Assembly: GCA_046726415.1 (NCBI GenBank)
Contig: JBKPAK010000059.1
Coordinates: forward strand, 1 to 29,644
Source of the DNA: Candidatus Methylomirabilota bacterium
Lineage (GTDB): Bacteria; Methylomirabilota; Methylomirabilia; Rokubacteriales; CSP1-6
Length of the DNA stretch: 29,644 nt
Reading direction: 5' to 3'
The notes below the pieces were generated by a model. That model was not told the DNA's origin. It did no database searches and worked only from the letters and a program-made list of their open reading frames with translations. Below are positions 29,468-29,644 of this stretch, piece by piece (position 1 is the first letter of the stretch; every line of letters starts with the position of its first letter). Made by a program: the position numbers and the translations under genes.

Positions 29468-29644
29468 GTGGCCCGCTTTATCCCCTTCGATGTCATCCCC
29501 CTTCAGCCGACGCTCGTCAAGCCCTTCCACCGCCCCGGGTGGGTCTACGAGGAAAAGGTCGACGGTTGGCGCATCGTCGCCTACAAGGCCGGAGGCAACG
29601 TGCGCCTGGTCAGTCGTAAGGGCGTCGAGCACACTTCCCGCTTT
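29468..29644 (+). CDS. ATP-dependent DNA ligase domain, 3'-partial
   Basis: GTG 29468: LQPTLVKPFHRPGWVYEEKVDGWRIVAYKAGGNVRLVSRKGVEHTSRF, with motif I KxDGxR and SR.G. Confidence 0.8.
   Translation, partial: MARFIPFDVIPLQPTLVKPFHRPGWVYEEKVDGWRIVAYKAGGNVRLVSRKGVEHTSRF

Overview
GC-rich, mosaic accessory region from a bacterium. The gene families present (STAND adenylate cyclase, C-terminal ABC substrate-binding relic, 'integrase core' IS elements, YDLRH integrases) resemble those expanded in soil Rokubacteria-type genomes; this taxonomic call is inference only. Left to right: (1) IS-like DDE elements around a secreted protein and a matrixin protease with a triplicated propeller repeat; (2) a minus-strand oxidative-stress operon perR/fur - rubrerythrin - truncated Fe-S (CCG) oxidoreductase - katG with a clear sigma70 promoter and a Fur-type box; (3) an A/T-richer block with two SAM methyltransferases between transposase relics; (4) a decayed integrative element (xis-like HTH + frameshifted tyrosine integrase, plus a divergent paralog/holin-like/paralog trio) ending at a 47-bp 3' tRNA-Asn fragment (att site); (5) an intact cassette of STAND adenylate cyclase - FabF-like ketosynthase - ACP - radical SAM enzyme, the best candidate here for an undescribed system; (6) a truncated large serine recombinase element, a truncated Cof/HAD gene, and an intact RHH-integrase module with its own operator; (7) a frameshifted secreted protein and the start of an ATP-dependent DNA ligase. 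No CRISPR array, rRNA or intact tRNA was seen.
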